Positions 62,250 through 64,000 of a DNA stretch of 64,000 bases are shown in pieces. Source of the DNA: Nemertoderma westbladi (Eukaryota > Animalia > Xenacoelomorpha). The position numbers were made by a program, and so were the translations under genes. The stretch covers positions 34,659 to 98,658 of the forward strand of contig JAUCBJ010003571.1 of assembly GCA_032718475.1 (NCBI GenBank), in the 5' to 3' direction. A model generated the notes under the pieces. The model was not told the origin of the DNA, did not search any database, and worked only from the letters and a program-made list of their open reading frames with translations. Positions within the stretch are counted from its first letter, which is position 1, and every line of letters begins with the position of its first letter.

Positions 62250-63130
62250 CCCCCACAGTGTCCCTCAGAGTGTTTGGTTTCATCATATACAAAGAAGTGG
62301 AATCCCTCTCCAAGAGGTTGCTTTGATCAATACCATGATGGTTGGTTGTAGTAGGTGTATTTGTATTGGCATATGTTTTTCTTATCAGTTTGAGATAATT
62401 CATATTATTAGGCTTAGAGCATTGAAATTGGACATTGTTGGTTTAGTTGTTTCTATGATCATACTGGTTAACAATTGGCCAATACCATCATTGAATTCTT
62501 GAAAGAAATTGGTGTTCGATTGAGTGACTGACTGGGGCAGTCCTATGATAATGCCCCAAATATGTCTGGAAAGTATAATAGCATGCAAGCCATTATTAAA
62601 TCAAAAAATTCATTGGTGGATTTTATTCATTATACTGCTTAATCAATAAATTTGTTGGGTGAATGTGCTGCAGGTGTATGATTGAATGCAGTAGTATATT
62701 TTTACTTTGTTCAGAAACTGTACACGTTTTTTCGAATTGGTCCATTTTGCAGGATGCTCTGAAAATTAGCGATGGAAAATTACCCCTTATTGTAAGAAAC
62801 ACAATGGTCATCCAGGAGGGTGGAAACAGAAGTATTCGTTAAGGGTTTCAGCGAAATTCAGTCTGCACTCGAGAGTATAGCCAATAATATTCAAGAAAAA
62901 CCAAAGTGTCACTCCGAAGCACAGGGCTTGTCGAATAATAGGAATTCTCTGGAGTTGGCAATAATTAATGATAAAAAGTATGGTATACTATTCTAGAGCA
63001 TCTTGATGCCACACAAGTCAGTTTACAGGATTCGACAATTGATGTAAATAGATCAATTGCTTTAAATTCCATCTGTAAAGGAATTTATAACTGACTTGAG
63101 GTCAATTACAAGTTTTTGGAGATCGATCAT
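62250..63130 (+). pseudogene. hAT (ZMYM1/Ac-like) transposase relic
   Basis: QLANTIIEFLKEIG..GQSYDNAPNMSGKYNSMQAIIK on the + strand, fragmented. Confidence 0.8.
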
Positions 63131-63279
63131 GGTAAAATTGAGTGTGGGATGAATGAGATACTCGTACTCGGTCAATGAATTATCAGAAACAGTGGGTCTT
63201 GTGTCGGTGGGGACTGGTGGATCAGGTTCAACCACTCCCTCCTCAATGACTGGGGCACCGTTGGATGCTTTAGTTCTAG

Positions 63280-64000
63280 AAAACTCGCCATAGGTCTATT
63301 CTATCGTCCCAACACCACCTCTAGTTCGCTTTTGGAAGCGGAAAATTCGATGGTTTCAAAAATAAAAAGTTTAGGTTTCAATGAAATACTTATTTTGGGC
63401 GACTTCAACCAAGACCTTTTAGATCGATCAAAATGTCGTGAAATAACTTCCTTTATTTCACACCAATGTTTATTCCAACATATTCGGGAGCCAACACGTA
63501 TAACACAATTGACCAGCACTTCGCCATCATTTGTTATTTCAAATCTTCCTGATTCAATTTCCAATATAGTTGTATCTAGCCCTTACGGCACAAGTGATCA
63601 TTGTGTTATCTCTTTCTCATATAAATTTCCCATTCGAAACATCCCATTCGTACACCAGGCGCATTTGGCTGTACAAGGGAGCGGATTTTTCAAAATTCAG
63701 GCATCTGTTGAGTGAAACAGATTGGGATAGTGTCTACTTAGAGCATACAGAAGTTAACAAAGTTGTTTCTGCTTGGATTGACAAATTTATGCTCGCAAGT
63801 TCTTCTATTCCTAACAAAATTATTACTGTACGCCCAAGCGACAAGCCATGGTACACCACTAAGTTAAGGTGCCTCTCTTCTATAAAGGACAGAGTACACA
63901 AGACAGCAAAATCTACTAACGATGACAACTCCTGGACCAGTTTCCACCTACCCAGAAACAAGTACATTCTTGAATGCCGTGAAGCAAAAAAGGAGTATTT
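63280..64000 (+). pseudogene. CR1/L2-like LINE ORF2 (endonuclease and linker; runs off window)
   Basis: YRP..ILILGDFNQD..QHIREPTRI..SDHCVI; IPNKIITVRPSDKPWYT. Confidence 0.85.

Overview
This is AT-rich, intron-containing eukaryotic DNA, most likely from an invertebrate animal; the taxon cannot be fixed from sequence alone. No prokaryotic features were found (no operons, no CRISPR array). Positions 1-47.2 kb hold the 5' part of one large minus-strand gene. I reconstructed 19 coding exons by hand, all GT-AG and phase-compatible, giving about 1080 aa in this window: a signal peptide, 2 Ig-like domains, a 22-Cys module, then at least 7 more divergent Ig-like domains, continuing past position 1. 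Its introns carry very large tandem arrays (27, 94, 57, 30, 18 and 52 bp units), MITEs, Helitron/Helentron-type elements, a CRE-like LINE relic, and a 7.9 kb BEL/Pao LTR element that encodes only Gag and protease. Positions 47.4-64 kb are mostly decayed transposons: CRE, a near-intact APE-RT LINE with a Pro/Thr-repeat and zinc-finger N-terminus, RTE, a Polinton capsid relic, Harbinger, Gypsy, piggyBac, hAT and CR1/L2. The best leads are: (1) the BEL element has no tRNA primer site, but its LTR holds the complement of the LTR/PBS junction, suggesting self-priming; (2) two rolling-circle-element-derived arrays carry 24 CTCF-like motifs; (3) the two largest intronic satellites are arrays of sense-strand 5' splice sites; (4) a 35-bp insert looks like a P-element-type excision footprint.
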